From Candidatus Limnocylindria bacterium (GTDB lineage Bacteria > Chloroflexota > Limnocylindria > P2-11E): a stretch of 64,000 bases of DNA. The stretch covers positions 9,348-73,347 of the forward strand of contig DASYUC010000080.1 in assembly GCA_036001645.1 (NCBI GenBank), given 5' to 3'. The notes beneath the pieces were generated by a model. It was not told the DNA's origin, searched no databases, and saw only the letters and a program-made list of their open reading frames with translations. This document shows positions 53,373 through 62,983 of the stretch, one piece after another. Each line of letters starts with the position of its first letter. Position 1 is the first letter of the stretch. The translations under genes and the position numbers were made by a program.

Positions 53373-53680
53373 GGCTCCTCGTCCTCGTCGTCGTCCGACT
53401 CGAACTCGTCCGAATAGAAGCCCAGCTCCTCCGCCTTGAACACCGTCACGAGAAAGTCCTCGCGCTCCGGGTCGTGCGTCTGGATCAGCTCCTCGTCGAG
53501 CTGATCGATGAGCTGCTGCAGCTCGTCGTCGGTGAGATCCACCTCGAGCAACAGCGTCCCGTGCACCTCGAAGCGGCCGTAATGGATGTCCACACGACCG
53601 ACGCGGCGCGCGCCACCGTAGATCGTGAAGATCTCGCTCGACTCGGTGCGGACGTTGCGCTCGAAACGCGCTGCTTCCAT
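53369..53680 (-). CDS. Hypothetical acidic protein (103 aa)
   Basis: Well-formed sequence: MEAARFERNVRTESSEIFTIYGGARRVGRVDIHYGRFEVHGTLLLEVDL... with a poly-acidic tail SDEFESDDDEDEEP. I recognised no family. Confidence 0.6.
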   Translation of the reverse strand: MEAARFERNVRTESSEIFTIYGGARRVGRVDIHYGRFEVHGTLLLEVDLTDDELQQLIDQLDEELIQTHDPEREDFLVTVFKAEELGFYSDEFESDDDEDEEP

Positions 53681-53695
53681 GGGACGACGACTGTA

Positions 53696-54544
53696 CTAGG
53701 TCGCCACGTCCCGGAGCTGCTTCAGCACCCACTCCGCCAGCGGCGGCATCGCGAGGTCGGCAGTGGCCACAGTGCTGATCGCTCGCGGCCACGTCCACAC
53801 CAGGATCTCGCCACAGGTCATCGCCGCCGATCGGAGCGCTCGGCGGTCGAGGCCCGCGATCGTGGCCTCGATGTTCTCCGGCATCGGTGCATCGGGAGCA
53901 TCGAGCACCGCCGTGAGCCCGTACTGCGGATCCGGGATACGCTCGGCCACCGCCCATAGGCGCCACAGCTCGGCGCGCGTGGCGTCGAGCTGCGCGTTCG
54001 CCTCCCACAGGGAACCGCGCGTGAGGTATTTCGCGCAGGCGCTGAGGTGGACGAGGGCGATGTGCATCCACCTGCGGACCTCTTCCTCCGTCGCGGCGCT
54101 CGCCTTCGCCTCGCCGACGATGCGCTCGTCGGGGTCGTACAGGACGATCCAGTCCGGCCGCGGTGCCTGGCGCTCACGCGCGACGGCGACGACGAGATCC
54201 AGCTGAACGCCGCTCGCGTACTGCGCGAAGGTGTGCTGGTAGGGAGGGAGCTCGCGGTTGGTGGGTTCGATGATCTGCTGGTGCATGTCGATCACGTCCC
54301 CGACGCGACGCACGACCCCCTCGCTCTCGCGGACCGCGTCGCGCCAGGCGGTGTCGACGACCGCGTACATGGCGTCGACGTCCGACAGCTCGTCGGCCGC
54401 GCCGCGGCCGAGGCTGCACCCGACGACGAGAACGCGGATCGCAGGGTCGCGCTCGGCCTCGCGCAGCAGCGCCAGCATCAGCTCCCGATGTAGCCCGAGC
54501 TGTCTCGGTAGTGAACGCAGCCAGCGGTCGGCATCGGCGCGCAC
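53696..54544 (-). CDS. Nucleotidyltransferase-domain protein, ANT(6)/streptomycin adenylyltransferase-like
   Basis: NTase motif: VVGCSLGRGAADELSDVDAMY, then QLDLVV, and a helical C-terminal domain. The layout is comparable to AadK. Confidence 0.65.
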   Translation of the reverse strand: MRADADRWLRSLPRQLGLHRELMLALLREAERDPAIRVLVVGCSLGRGAADELSDVDAMYAVVDTAWRDAVRESEGVVRRVGDVIDMHQQIIEPTNRELPPYQHTFAQYASGVQLDLVVAVARERQAPRPDWIVLYDPDERIVGEAKASAATEEEVRRWMHIALVHLSACAKYLTRGSLWEANAQLDATRAELWRLWAVAERIPDPQYGLTAVLDAPDAPMPENIEATIAGLDRRALRSAAMTCGEILVWTWPRAISTVATADLAMPPLAEWVLKQLRDVAT

Positions 54545-54577
54545 GTCCGAATCGTAGCCACGCTAGGCTCCGCGCTC

Positions 54578-55432
54578 GTGCCGCATCCTCTTCGCATCGG
54601 CTTGAAGCTTTCGCAGCAGGTCCATCCCATCGGGGCGCAGCGCGAAGCGTGGCGCATAGCGGACGAGGCGGGCTTCGATCACATCTGGCCCTTCGACCAT
54701 CTCATCGCGCTCGGGAACGATCCGACGCGCCTCATCTTCGACGGCTGGACGATCCTCGGCGCGGTCGCCGAGAACACCAAACGCGCGCGCATCGGCCTCA
54801 ACGTGACGGGCAACCTCTACCGCCACCCGGGCCTGCTCGCGAAGATCGCCGTCACCGTTGACCACCTTTCGGGCGGACGGCTCGAGATGGGCATCGGAGC
54901 CGCGTGGAACGAGCCCGAGTTCACGATGTATGGCATGCCGTTCCCAAGCGTCGCGGACCGCATCCGCATGCTCGACGAAGCCTGTCGCGTCCTGAGGGCG
55001 CTCTGGACCGAGGAGCGCGCGACCTTCAGGGGCCGCTTCTATCAGCTCGACGCCGCGATCTCCGAGCCGAAGCCGGTGCAGAAGCCGCATCCGCCGATCT
55101 GGATCGGCGGTTCCGGGCCGAAGCGCACGCTGCGCGTCGTCGCGAAGCACGCCGACGTGTGGAACTCGAATGCCCCGACGCCCGACCAGACGCACGCCCT
55201 GGTGAAGATCCTCGACGAGCACTGCGCGAAGGTGGGCCGCGACCCGGCGACGATCCGCCGCTCGCATCAGATCCGCGTCGAGAAGGAGGACGACGCGCTG
55301 CGGATCGGCGAGTCCGCGCTGCGCGCCGGATTCACCGAGCTGCTCGTCTTTCCGTTCGCCGCCGGCGACCTGCGCACCGGCGTCGAGCGCGCGGCGGCGC
55401 TGCTGCCCCGGCTGCGAGCGCTCGCTCCCTAG
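54578..55432 (+). CDS. LLM-class (luciferase-like) F420-dependent oxidoreductase
   Basis: GTG start. Motifs: FDHIWPFDHL, LNVTGNLYRHPGLLAK, LSGGRLEMGIGAAW, KPVQKPHPPIWIGGSGPKRTLRVVAKHAD. Confidence 0.85.
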   Translation: MPHPLRIGLKLSQQVHPIGAQREAWRIADEAGFDHIWPFDHLIALGNDPTRLIFDGWTILGAVAENTKRARIGLNVTGNLYRHPGLLAKIAVTVDHLSGGRLEMGIGAAWNEPEFTMYGMPFPSVADRIRMLDEACRVLRALWTEERATFRGRFYQLDAAISEPKPVQKPHPPIWIGGSGPKRTLRVVAKHADVWNSNAPTPDQTHALVKILDEHCAKVGRDPATIRRSHQIRVEKEDDALRIGESALRAGFTELLVFPFAAGDLRTGVERAAALLPRLRALAP

Positions 55433-56643
55433 CGGCGGCTCAGGCCGAGGACCGAGAGGAAGAAGCTCGCGAAGAAGGTCTGCACCCCGAGCGTGATCGC
55501 GAGCGAGGAGACGATCACGACGCGCAGCGTGCGCGGCACGTCGACGATCGGACCGAAGCCCTGGGTCTCCCAGATGCCGATGGCGGTCGCCGCGAGCACC
55601 AGGCCGCTCGTCACGAGGACGAGCGCTGCGACGATGCCCGTTTCGAGCGTCACGTAGCGATACAGGCGCGACAGCCGCGGATCTTCCGGCAGCAGTCCTT
55701 CGCTGATCGCGAACGTCTTGGTGAACACCGCGAAGATCACCGATTGATAGCCCAGGATGATCGCCGCCGCCGCGTACACGAGCGTGTGGACGTCGAGGCG
55801 GACCGATCCGAGCGCGCGCTCGCCAGGGAGCAGCCATACGAGGACGAGCGCGCCGACGATCATGAGCAGCGCTCCCGGATATAGAAAGAGCCAGCGCGGG
55901 CTGTAGAGGAGCAGGAATCGCAGGTGGCGCCAGCCGTCGCGCCAGGTGCGCAGGTGCGGTGGCCGATCGCGCTTGTCGGGCGCGAGGGTGACCGGCACCT
56001 CGGTGATGCGGAGTCCCTGCACCGAGGCCTTCACGACCATCTCCGACGCGAACTCCATGCCGGTCGTCCGCAGGTCGAGCGCGAGGATCGGTGACCGGCG
56101 GAAGCCGCGGAGCCCGGAGTGGAAATCACCGACCTCGCTGCTGAAGAAGAGACGCCCGAGGAACGAGAGCACCGGGTTCCCGAGCCACCGGTGGAGGAAC
56201 GGCATCGCGCCCGCCGCGAGGCCGCCCTTGAAGCGGTTGCCCATCACGAGGTCGTAGCCGTCGCGCAGCTTCGCGAGGAAGGCGTCGATGGCCATGAAGT
56301 CGTACGTCCCGTCGGCGTCGCCCATCACGACGTACTCGCCTCGTGCCGACGCGATCCCGGTCAGCAGCGCGCTCCCGTAGCCGCGGAGCGGGACGGCAAC
56401 GACGCGCGCGCCGGCCGCGGCCGCGAGCTCGCGAGATCCATCGGTGCTGCCGTTGTCGGCGACGATCACCTCGCCGCGGATGCCGTACCGCGCGATCGCC
56501 TCACGCGCTTGCGTGACGCAGCTCGCCACCGTCGCGGCTTCGTTCAGGCACGGCATGACGATCGAGAGCTCGACTTGTTGGTCCAAGCCGTTGGCGATGC
56601 TAGCCCGAGATCCCCAGCTTGGCGGTGCGTACGCGATCCACAT
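55429..56643 (-). CDS. GT2 polyprenyl-phosphate glycosyltransferase (GtrB/DPM1-like) with C-terminal TM region
   Basis: Motifs: LSIVMPCLNEA, VADNGSTDGS, GDADGTYD, then 4-5 TM helices. ATG 56643 overlaps the serA 3' end by 44 nt. TTG 56586 is an alternative start. Confidence 0.85.
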   Translation of the reverse strand: MWIAYAPPSWGSRASIANGLDQQVELSIVMPCLNEAATVASCVTQAREAIARYGIRGEVIVADNGSTDGSRELAAAAGARVVAVPLRGYGSALLTGIASARGEYVVMGDADGTYDFMAIDAFLAKLRDGYDLVMGNRFKGGLAAGAMPFLHRWLGNPVLSFLGRLFFSSEVGDFHSGLRGFRRSPILALDLRTTGMEFASEMVVKASVQGLRITEVPVTLAPDKRDRPPHLRTWRDGWRHLRFLLLYSPRWLFLYPGALLMIVGALVLVWLLPGERALGSVRLDVHTLVYAAAAIILGYQSVIFAVFTKTFAISEGLLPEDPRLSRLYRYVTLETGIVAALVLVTSGLVLAATAIGIWETQGFGPIVDVPRTLRVVIVSSLAITLGVQTFFASFFLSVLGLSRR

Positions 56644-58159
56644 CGGCGAACGCGCCGATGCGGGCGCGGACCTCGTCGGGAACCGGATCGTCCAGCGTCA
56701 GGATCATGAGCGCATCGCCGCGCGGGTGAAGGCGTCCGACCTGCATCGACGAGATGTTCACGTCGTGCTCGCCGAGCAGCGTTCCGACACGGCCGACGAG
56801 TCCGGGCTTGTCCTGATGCTTCGTGAGCAGCAGGTAGCCCTCGACCTGCACGTCGACCCAGAACCCGTCGATGAGGACGATGCGGGGCTCGCCCTGCACG
56901 AGCGTCCCCGCGACCTCGGTGCTGCCGACCCGCACCGTGAGCAGGGCGGCGTAGCGTGGCGCCTCGGTCTCGCGCCGCTCCTCGATCACGAGTCCGCGCG
57001 TACGGGCGATCGCGAGCGCGTTGACGAGATTCACGCGCTCGGCGCTGAACGTCTCGAGCAGCCCCTTCACCACGGCGGCGCGCAGCGGCTCGCCGTCGAG
57101 CTCGAGCAGCTTTCCGGCGTACGCGAGCTGCAGCTTCGCCGGACGCTCGTCGAGGAGCTGCGCGACGAGCGCGCCGAGCCGCTCGCCGAGACGGAGCCAC
57201 GCGCTGCCGCCCGCCTCGTCCGCCGGTGGACGCGGCGCGTTCACCGCGTACCTCGCCGGCTGGCCGTCGAGCACGTCGAGGATCTGGCGCACGACATCGA
57301 CCGCGACGTTCACCTGCGCCTCGGCCGTCGACCCCGCGATATGCGGTGTGAGCACGGTGCGCGGCGCGCGTCGGATGGGGGAGTCGGCCGGCAGCGGCTC
57401 GCTCGGATACACGTCGAGGGCGGCGCCCGCGACCGTACCCGCTTCGAGCGCGGCCGCGAGCGCGGCCAGATCGACCACCTCGCCGCGCGCGCAGTTCACG
57501 ATGACCGTCGTCGGCTTCATCTTCGCGAGCGCGTCGGCGTTGATGAGGTTGCGCGTCTTCTCGGTGAGCGGCGTGTGCAGCGAGATGACATCCGCGCTGC
57601 GCAGAAGCTCGTCGAGCTCGACGAGCTGCGCGCCCGCGGCGCGCGCGCTCGCCTCGGTGGCGAACGGATCGTGGGCGATGACGCGCATCTCGAAGCCGGC
57701 CGCCCGGCGCGCGACCTCCGAGCCGACGCGGCCGATGCCGACGAGGCCCAGCGTCTTGCCCCTCAGCTCGCGGCCGATGAGCTTCGAGCGCGCCCATTCG
57801 CCGGCGCGGACGCTACGGTCGGCGTCGGTGATGCGGCGGAGCAGCGCGAGCGCGAGCGCGAGCGCGTGCTCGGCCGCGGCGACGATGTTGCCGAGCGGCG
57901 CGTTCACGACGTACACGCCGCGCGCCGTCGCCGCCGGGACGTCGATGTTGTCGACGCCCACACCGGCCCGGCCGACCACCGCGAGTCGCGGAGCGGCGTC
58001 GAGGATCTTCGCGGTCACCTTCGTCTCGCTGCGAACGATGAGCGCGTCGACGTCGGTGAGGCGCGACGCGAGGTCAGCTTCGGAGAGGCCGGTCGTCGTG
58101 CGGACCTCGCAGCGCTCGCGGAGCAGGACGAGGCCGTCCTCCGCGAGAGGATCGGCCAC
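56600..58159 (-). CDS. serA: D-3-phosphoglycerate dehydrogenase (long form with ASB and ACT domains)
   Basis: Motifs: VGRAGVGVDNIDV, GLVGIGRIGSEVARR, NCARGEVVD, TPHIAGST, C-terminal ACT (LLLTKHQDKPGLVGRVGTLLGEHDVNISSMQV). The start is ambiguous: GTG 58159 is chosen, and the conserved SLPIVHVADP begins 15 nt upstream without a canonical start. Confidence 0.9.
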   Translation of the reverse strand: MADPLAEDGLVLLRERCEVRTTTGLSEADLASRLTDVDALIVRSETKVTAKILDAAPRLAVVGRAGVGVDNIDVPAATARGVYVVNAPLGNIVAAAEHALALALALLRRITDADRSVRAGEWARSKLIGRELRGKTLGLVGIGRVGSEVARRAAGFEMRVIAHDPFATEASARAAGAQLVELDELLRSADVISLHTPLTEKTRNLINADALAKMKPTTVIVNCARGEVVDLAALAAALEAGTVAGAALDVYPSEPLPADSPIRRAPRTVLTPHIAGSTAEAQVNVAVDVVRQILDVLDGQPARYAVNAPRPPADEAGGSAWLRLGERLGALVAQLLDERPAKLQLAYAGKLLELDGEPLRAAVVKGLLETFSAERVNLVNALAIARTRGLVIEERRETEAPRYAALLTVRVGSTEVAGTLVQGEPRIVLIDGFWVDVQVEGYLLLTKHQDKPGLVGRVGTLLGEHDVNISSMQVGRLHPRGDALMILTLDDPVPDEVRARIGAFADVDRVRTAKLGISG

Positions 58160-58208
58160 GTGAACGATGGGCAGGCTGCGCCGCGGGACGTCGTGCGCGC
58201 TCGTCTCG

Positions 58209-59432
58209 CTAGCGACGGCTCCCAACGGTGTCCGGACGAGCGCCGCCCCCGCGGGCGCCGGGTCGCGCTGGCTGTGGTGCGCTCTCCGCGTACGCCCGAA
58301 GGGCCGCGGCGATCGCCTGACCCGGCTCGACCGGCTGATTGAAGTCGCGCAGCGCGAGCTCGAGGGCACTGAAGAAGTTCAGGATGTCCTGGAGGGTCAC
58401 GAAGCCGAGGTGGCCGACGCGGACGAGCTGACCCTCGAGCTTTCCCTGGCCGCCCGCGACGATCGTGTCGTAGTCGTCACGCAGAACCCGGATGAGGTTG
58501 CGCGCGTCCACGCGCGTCGGCGGACGGAACGCGGTGACCGCGGGTGACGCGTGCGCCTCATCTGCGAACAGCGTGAGGTTGAGCGCCTGAAGACCGCGAC
58601 GGGTCGAGCGCGCGAGATTCTGGTGACGGCGGAGGATCGCCTCGAGGCCTTCCTCGGCCATGAGACGGAGCGCCTCCTGCAACGCGATGTACACGCTCAC
58701 CGCCGGTGTGGCCGGCGTCGCGCCCTTCTCGAGCGCGGTCTTGTACGTCGCGAGGTCGAAGTACGCCTTGGGGAGGTCGGACTTCTCGTAGAACTTCCAG
58801 GCCTTCTCGCTCATCGTGACGATGGACACGCCGGGCGGCGCGCCCCACGCCTTCTGCGAGCCGGTCACGCAGACGTCGATGCCCCACTCGTCGATCTCGA
58901 GCTCCGCCGCGCCCGCGCCGGAGACGCTGTCGACGATGAGCAGCTTGCCCGACTCGCGGACGACCTCGCTGATCTCCTTGAGCGGGTTGAGGACACCGGT
59001 CGAGGTCTCGTTGTGCTGGAGCATGACGGCCTTGGCGCCGTCCTTGCCCTTCTCCTTGGCGAGCTCGTCGCGAACGAGGTCGGGCTCGACCGCGCGGCCC
59101 AGCGTGACGTCGACGCGACGCGCGTCGACGCCGTAGGCCTTGCAGATCGAGTAGAAGCGCTCGCCGAAGGCGCCGTTGATGAAGACGAGCGCGCGGTCGC
59201 CCCGCGACAGCGTGTTCGCCACGGCGGCCTCCATCGCGCCCGAGCCGGACGCGGTGAGCGTGAGCACGTCACCCTGCGTGCGCAGGAAATCCTGCAGCGC
59301 GCGCGTGAGCGCGGCCAGCAGGGCGGCGAACTCGGGACCGCGGTGATTGATCATCGGTCGGGCCGACGCGGCGAGCACGGACTGCGGCACCACGGTCGGA
59401 CCCGGGATACGGAGGTTCTGGGGGCGGTACAT
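58209..59432 (-). CDS. Class V aminotransferase (phosphoserine / serine-glyoxylate aminotransferase type)
   Basis: ATG 59432 is preceded by GAGGGAGAG. Motifs: RIPGPTVVPQSVL, SGSGAMEAAV, DSVSGAG, TGSQKAWGAPPG (PLP Lys). It lies directly upstream of serA. Confidence 0.85.
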   Translation of the reverse strand: MYRPQNLRIPGPTVVPQSVLAASARPMINHRGPEFAALLAALTRALQDFLRTQGDVLTLTASGSGAMEAAVANTLSRGDRALVFINGAFGERFYSICKAYGVDARRVDVTLGRAVEPDLVRDELAKEKGKDGAKAVMLQHNETSTGVLNPLKEISEVVRESGKLLIVDSVSGAGAAELEIDEWGIDVCVTGSQKAWGAPPGVSIVTMSEKAWKFYEKSDLPKAYFDLATYKTALEKGATPATPAVSVYIALQEALRLMAEEGLEAILRRHQNLARSTRRGLQALNLTLFADEAHASPAVTAFRPPTRVDARNLIRVLRDDYDTIVAGGQGKLEGQLVRVGHLGFVTLQDILNFFSALELALRDFNQPVEPGQAIAAALRAYAESAPQPARPGARGGGARPDTVGSRR

Positions 59433-59534
59433 GTTCTCTCCCTCTACGCTGAACGGGCGGAGGTGGGACTTATCGAATGATGCCAGCCCACCGCGCTCGT
59501 CACAAGGAGAGAAGCGAGCATTCCTGAACCCAAG

Positions 59535-60194
59535 TTGGCTCCGTCGGTCCTGAACGCCGACTTCGCCCGCCTGGCGGAGGCCGTGGGCGCGCTGGAGCGC
59601 GGCGGGGCCGACTGGGTCCACGTCGACGTCATGGACGGCCACTTCGTGCCAAATCTCACGTTCGGGCCAAAGATGGTGGCCGACCTGCACCGTGCAACGC
59701 GCCTGCCGCTGGATGTCCACCTGATGATCGAGCGACCTGACGACTGGGTCGACCGCTATGTCGACGCCGGCGCCGCGTACGTCGTCATCCACGTCGAGGC
59801 CGCGCGAGCGGTCTCCGCAACGCTGTCCCGGGTCCGCGCCCGCGGCGCGAAGGCGGGGATCACGCTGAATCCGGACACGCCGGTCGACGTGATCCTCCCG
59901 TACCTCGGTGAAGTGGATCTTGCCCTGGTGATGAGCGTGAATCCGGGATTCGGCGGCCAGAAGTTCATCGAGAGCGCGCTCGACAAGCTTCAGCGCCTGC
60001 GAAAGCAGATCGACGCCCGCCGCCTCCCGGTCGAGCTCGAGGTGGACGGCGGCGTGAAGCTCGAAAACGTAGGTCGCGTGATCGAGGCCGGCGCGAGCGT
60101 CGTCGTCGCCGGATCCGCGGTGTTCGAGGCGCCCGAGGGCATCGATGCCGCCATGAGGAAGTTCCGCGCCGCGCTTACCGCGGTCCGCCGCTGA
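59535..60194 (+). CDS. rpe: Ribulose-phosphate 3-epimerase
   Basis: Motifs: APSVLNADFARL, HVDVMDGHFVPNLTFG, DVHLM, MSVNPGFGGQKF, VDGG. Confidence 0.9.
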   Translation: MAPSVLNADFARLAEAVGALERGGADWVHVDVMDGHFVPNLTFGPKMVADLHRATRLPLDVHLMIERPDDWVDRYVDAGAAYVVIHVEAARAVSATLSRVRARGAKAGITLNPDTPVDVILPYLGEVDLALVMSVNPGFGGQKFIESALDKLQRLRKQIDARRLPVELEVDGGVKLENVGRVIEAGASVVVAGSAVFEAPEGIDAAMRKFRAALTAVRR

Positions 60195-60200
60195 CCAGGC

Positions 60201-61139
60201 TCAGTCGATGATCCCGGCGCGCTCGCGGATCCGCTTCGCGGTCCGCACGAGGTTCGCCACATCGCCGAGCTGCGCGTACCACCCCTGCGACTCAAGCCCG
60301 ATGTACAGCTCGTAGCAGCGAAGCCGCTCTTCGAAGAAGGGCAGGGTCAGACCGATCGTTCGGTAATGCGAGAGGGCCTCCTGCGCGAAGTCGATCCGGG
60401 ACCACGCCGGGTACCACGGCGACCAGAACGTGAGCCACGCGATGTCGAACAGAAAATCGCCGTAGATCGAGCTTCCCCAGTCCAGCAGGGCGGTGACGGT
60501 GTCGTTCGCCGCGAGCACGTTGAAGTGGAGGAGGTCGCTGTGCACAAGGCGCCGCTCCTCGGGGCAGCGGTCCGCGAGCCGCTGCAGCGCCGCGAACGCC
60601 TCCTCGAACGGTCTTGTGCCGACGGGCGAGGCCGCGAGCGCGGCGCGCCAGCTCGGGCCAAGGCGCGTCGGTCCGTCCGTCGCGACGTCCAGGAGCGCCG
60701 CGGGCCACGACCGATGCCGCGCCTTGCCCGTTCCGTGCCAGAGGCCGAATCCATCGGAGCCGGTCAGATCGACGCGGCGCGCCGCGTCGAGCGCCGCGAA
60801 GAGTGACGGCAGTACGCGCCGCATGCTCAGCTCATCGAGTCCGTCGATGTGCGTCCCCGGAGCGCGCTCCGAGATGGCGTATGCGCCGCCGAGCGCCTCA
60901 CCGATCTCGACGATCCGCGGGATCGGCAGATCGCGTGAGGCATATCGCGCCGCGAGCCGATCCTTCTCAAAGTCGTCGCGGTGCGTGCCAAAGCGCGCGA
61001 TGAGACCCTTGCCGTCCAATTCGAAGGAGTAGGCGCTCGCCCAGACACCTTGGCGCAGCGGCGTGAGGTCGGTGATGCCAGGTCCGTAGCGCTCGGTGAG
61101 GAAACTCTTTGCCGCGTCGGGATCAGTCTTCGTCGCCAA
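60201..61139 (-). CDS. Aminoglycoside phosphotransferase (APH) family kinase
   Basis: Catalytic loop LVHSDLLHFNVLA and LLDWGSSIYGDFLFD. Confidence 0.8.
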   Translation of the reverse strand: MATKTDPDAAKSFLTERYGPGITDLTPLRQGVWASAYSFELDGKGLIARFGTHRDDFEKDRLAARYASRDLPIPRIVEIGEALGGAYAISERAPGTHIDGLDELSMRRVLPSLFAALDAARRVDLTGSDGFGLWHGTGKARHRSWPAALLDVATDGPTRLGPSWRAALAASPVGTRPFEEAFAALQRLADRCPEERRLVHSDLLHFNVLAANDTVTALLDWGSSIYGDFLFDIAWLTFWSPWYPAWSRIDFAQEALSHYRTIGLTLPFFEERLRCYELYIGLESQGWYAQLGDVANLVRTAKRIRERAGIID

Positions 61140-61491
61140 GGCCCAGCTCTCCCAGGCGCTCGTCGCTGATCCCGAAGTGGTGCGCGATCTCGTGCACCAC
61201 GGTGTCTCGGACGATGTCCGCCTGCTGGCGCGGAGACGCGGTCATCCGCTCGATCGGCCCTCGGAAGATGCTGATGCGGTCGGGCAGGTACGGCTCCATC
61301 GCGCCCCGGTCGGTCAGTGGAACGCCTTCGTAGAGCCCGAGAAGCTCGCCACCGTCGCGCAGCTGCTCCGGCGCCGGCTCATCCTCGACGACGATCTCGA
61401 TGTTGCGCATGCGGTCTCGGAACTCCGCGGGGAGTCCGTCGAGCGCGCGTGCGACCAGTCGCGCGAAGCGGGCCTGCCGGAGGCGTGACAT
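61123..61491 (-). CDS. Zincin-like metallopeptidase family protein (Zincin_1/DUF1025 type)
   Basis: 122 aa. Motifs: VVEDEP, LGLYEG and HExxH in VVHEIAHHFGISDE. It overlaps the APH gene by 17 nt. Confidence 0.8.
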   Translation of the reverse strand: MSRLRQARFARLVARALDGLPAEFRDRMRNIEIVVEDEPAPEQLRDGGELLGLYEGVPLTDRGAMEPYLPDRISIFRGPIERMTASPRQQADIVRDTVVHEIAHHFGISDERLGELGLGDED

Positions 61492-61515
61492 CTCGTCGCG
61501 ACTCTAGCCGTCGCG

Positions 61516-62127
61516 CTAGGCCGCCTCCCGCTCGTCGGCGAGCGCGGAGCGCAGCCGTCGCAGCGCTCGCGCCCGTACGCGGCACACACCGGACTCCGAT
61601 AAGCCGACCTGAACGCCGATCTCGCGCAGGGTCAGACCGCGGCCATACGAGAGCACGATCACGCGGCGTTCCAGCTTCGTCAGCGAGCGGAGCTCGCGCA
61701 CGACGCAGTCCCAGCGCGGATCGCGGCGCGTCCGTGGTGCCTCCGTCGCATCCGGTGCAGCGACGCCGCTGTCGCCGAGCTCCGCCAGCCGGTCGAGCGA
61801 GATCTCGACGTACGGCGGCGGGAGGTCCTCCGAGATGCGCTGTGCCTCGCGGTACGCGCGGCGGGCCGAACGCGTGAGGGGATCCCGCTCGCGAAGCGCG
61901 TCGAGCACCTGGCCCCTGACGCGGCGCGCGGCGTACGCGCCGAACGAGGCGCCGAGGTCACCGCGATAGCGCTGCGCGGCCTGGACAAGTCCGACGACCC
62001 CCGCAGCAATGAGGTCCTCACGGTCTGCTCCGCGACAGCGCGGATCGAGTGCCCGAGAGGCGACGGCTCGCGCGAAGCCCAGGTGCGTGAGGATGCGTTC
62101 ATCGGTGTCCTGTGGGCGCGCGCTCAT
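61516..62127 (-). CDS. Sigma-70 family RNA polymerase sigma factor (FliA/WhiG/SigB-like, regions 2-4)
   Basis: In-frame ATG 62127. Region 2: REDLIAAGVVGLVQAAQRY, FGAYAARRVRGQVLDALR. Region 4 HTH: LTLREIGVQVGLSESGVCRVRARALRRLR. Confidence 0.8.
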   Translation of the reverse strand: MSARPQDTDERILTHLGFARAVASRALDPRCRGADREDLIAAGVVGLVQAAQRYRGDLGASFGAYAARRVRGQVLDALRERDPLTRSARRAYREAQRISEDLPPPYVEISLDRLAELGDSGVAAPDATEAPRTRRDPRWDCVVRELRSLTKLERRVIVLSYGRGLTLREIGVQVGLSESGVCRVRARALRRLRSALADEREAA

Positions 62128-62189
62128 GCCATCGCGACCGTCTCGCGGTCGACCGCACATAAACTGGCCCATCCGTGGGAAGAACAAAG

Positions 62190-62792
62190 ATGGATCGACT
62201 GGGTGTGTGGGCCGCGGTGGTCGGTCCGGCCTTGGTTCTCGCCTTTTTTTGGAGTGAGGCCGTTTTCGGCCCATCTCAGCCGAACGGTGGTCCACTGCGC
62301 ATGGCACTGGGCTTCACCTTGGTGATCGGGGGACTGGCGTGTTTCGCGTTCGCGCTGCTCCGGCTTCACGCGCAGCCGCCCAGTGGTGCAGGCCGTGCGT
62401 CGCGTCTCGGCGCCCTGCTCGGTCTTGTTTCCGTGGCATTACTCGCGATCGGCTCTGTCATGTGGTGGCCGATCCTCTTCGTTTGGCCCCACCTCGGTCC
62501 TCTCGCGGGGGCATCCGTCGGGATAGGGTCCCTGAGCCTTTTCGGCGCGTGGGTGCTCCTTGGGCTCGAGGCGGCGCAAAAGCGATCGCTGCCAAACTGG
62601 CTACGACCGCTTCCGCTTGCGCTCCTCGGACTCTTCTGCCTGCTGCTCTTCGCAGCCGCGATGACGAGTCCGTGGCCGCTCCTAGCCGCGGTCTTCGTCC
62701 CGTTCGTGACGGCCTGGATCCTGTTCGCGTACGGCCTATGGAATCTCGCCACGCTCCCGAGAAAGCCCCAGGTGCCCGACCCAGTCGCGTAG
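62190..62792 (+). CDS. Hypothetical polytopic membrane protein (about 200 aa) with atypically low GC3
   Basis: Six hydrophobic segments. Many T-ending codons (ggt, ctt, ttt, tct, gtt, att), unlike neighbouring genes. The start is ATG 62190 or GTG 62175. Confidence 0.55.
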   Translation: MDRLGVWAAVVGPALVLAFFWSEAVFGPSQPNGGPLRMALGFTLVIGGLACFAFALLRLHAQPPSGAGRASRLGALLGLVSVALLAIGSVMWWPILFVWPHLGPLAGASVGIGSLSLFGAWVLLGLEAAQKRSLPNWLRPLPLALLGLFCLLLFAAAMTSPWPLLAAVFVPFVTAWILFAYGLWNLATLPRKPQVPDPVA

Positions 62793-62794
62793 CG

Positions 62795-62983
62795 CGGCCG
62801 AAACGTGCAGACCCGCTGAGGGGCTGCATCTTGCGCCCCGCGTGGACCAAGCCGACGACGCCCCAGGCGATGAGGTCCTCCCGGTTCGGCTCCACGGCAC
62901 CGCGGATCGAGCGACCGTGCCGCGACCGCTCGCGCGAAGGCAAGGTGCGCGATGATGCGCTCGCCGTTCGCCGGTCCGTCCAT
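62795..62983 (-). pseudogene. Decayed 5' fragment of a sigma factor paralog
   Basis: It starts MDGPANGERIIAHLAFARAVAARSLDPRCRGAE, against MSARPQDTDERILTHLGFARAVASRALDPRCRGAD in the intact gene. It then continues in another frame as REDLIAWGVVGLVHA, against REDLIAAGVVGLVQA. A 1-nt insertion is visible in the nucleotide alignment. Confidence 0.55.
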
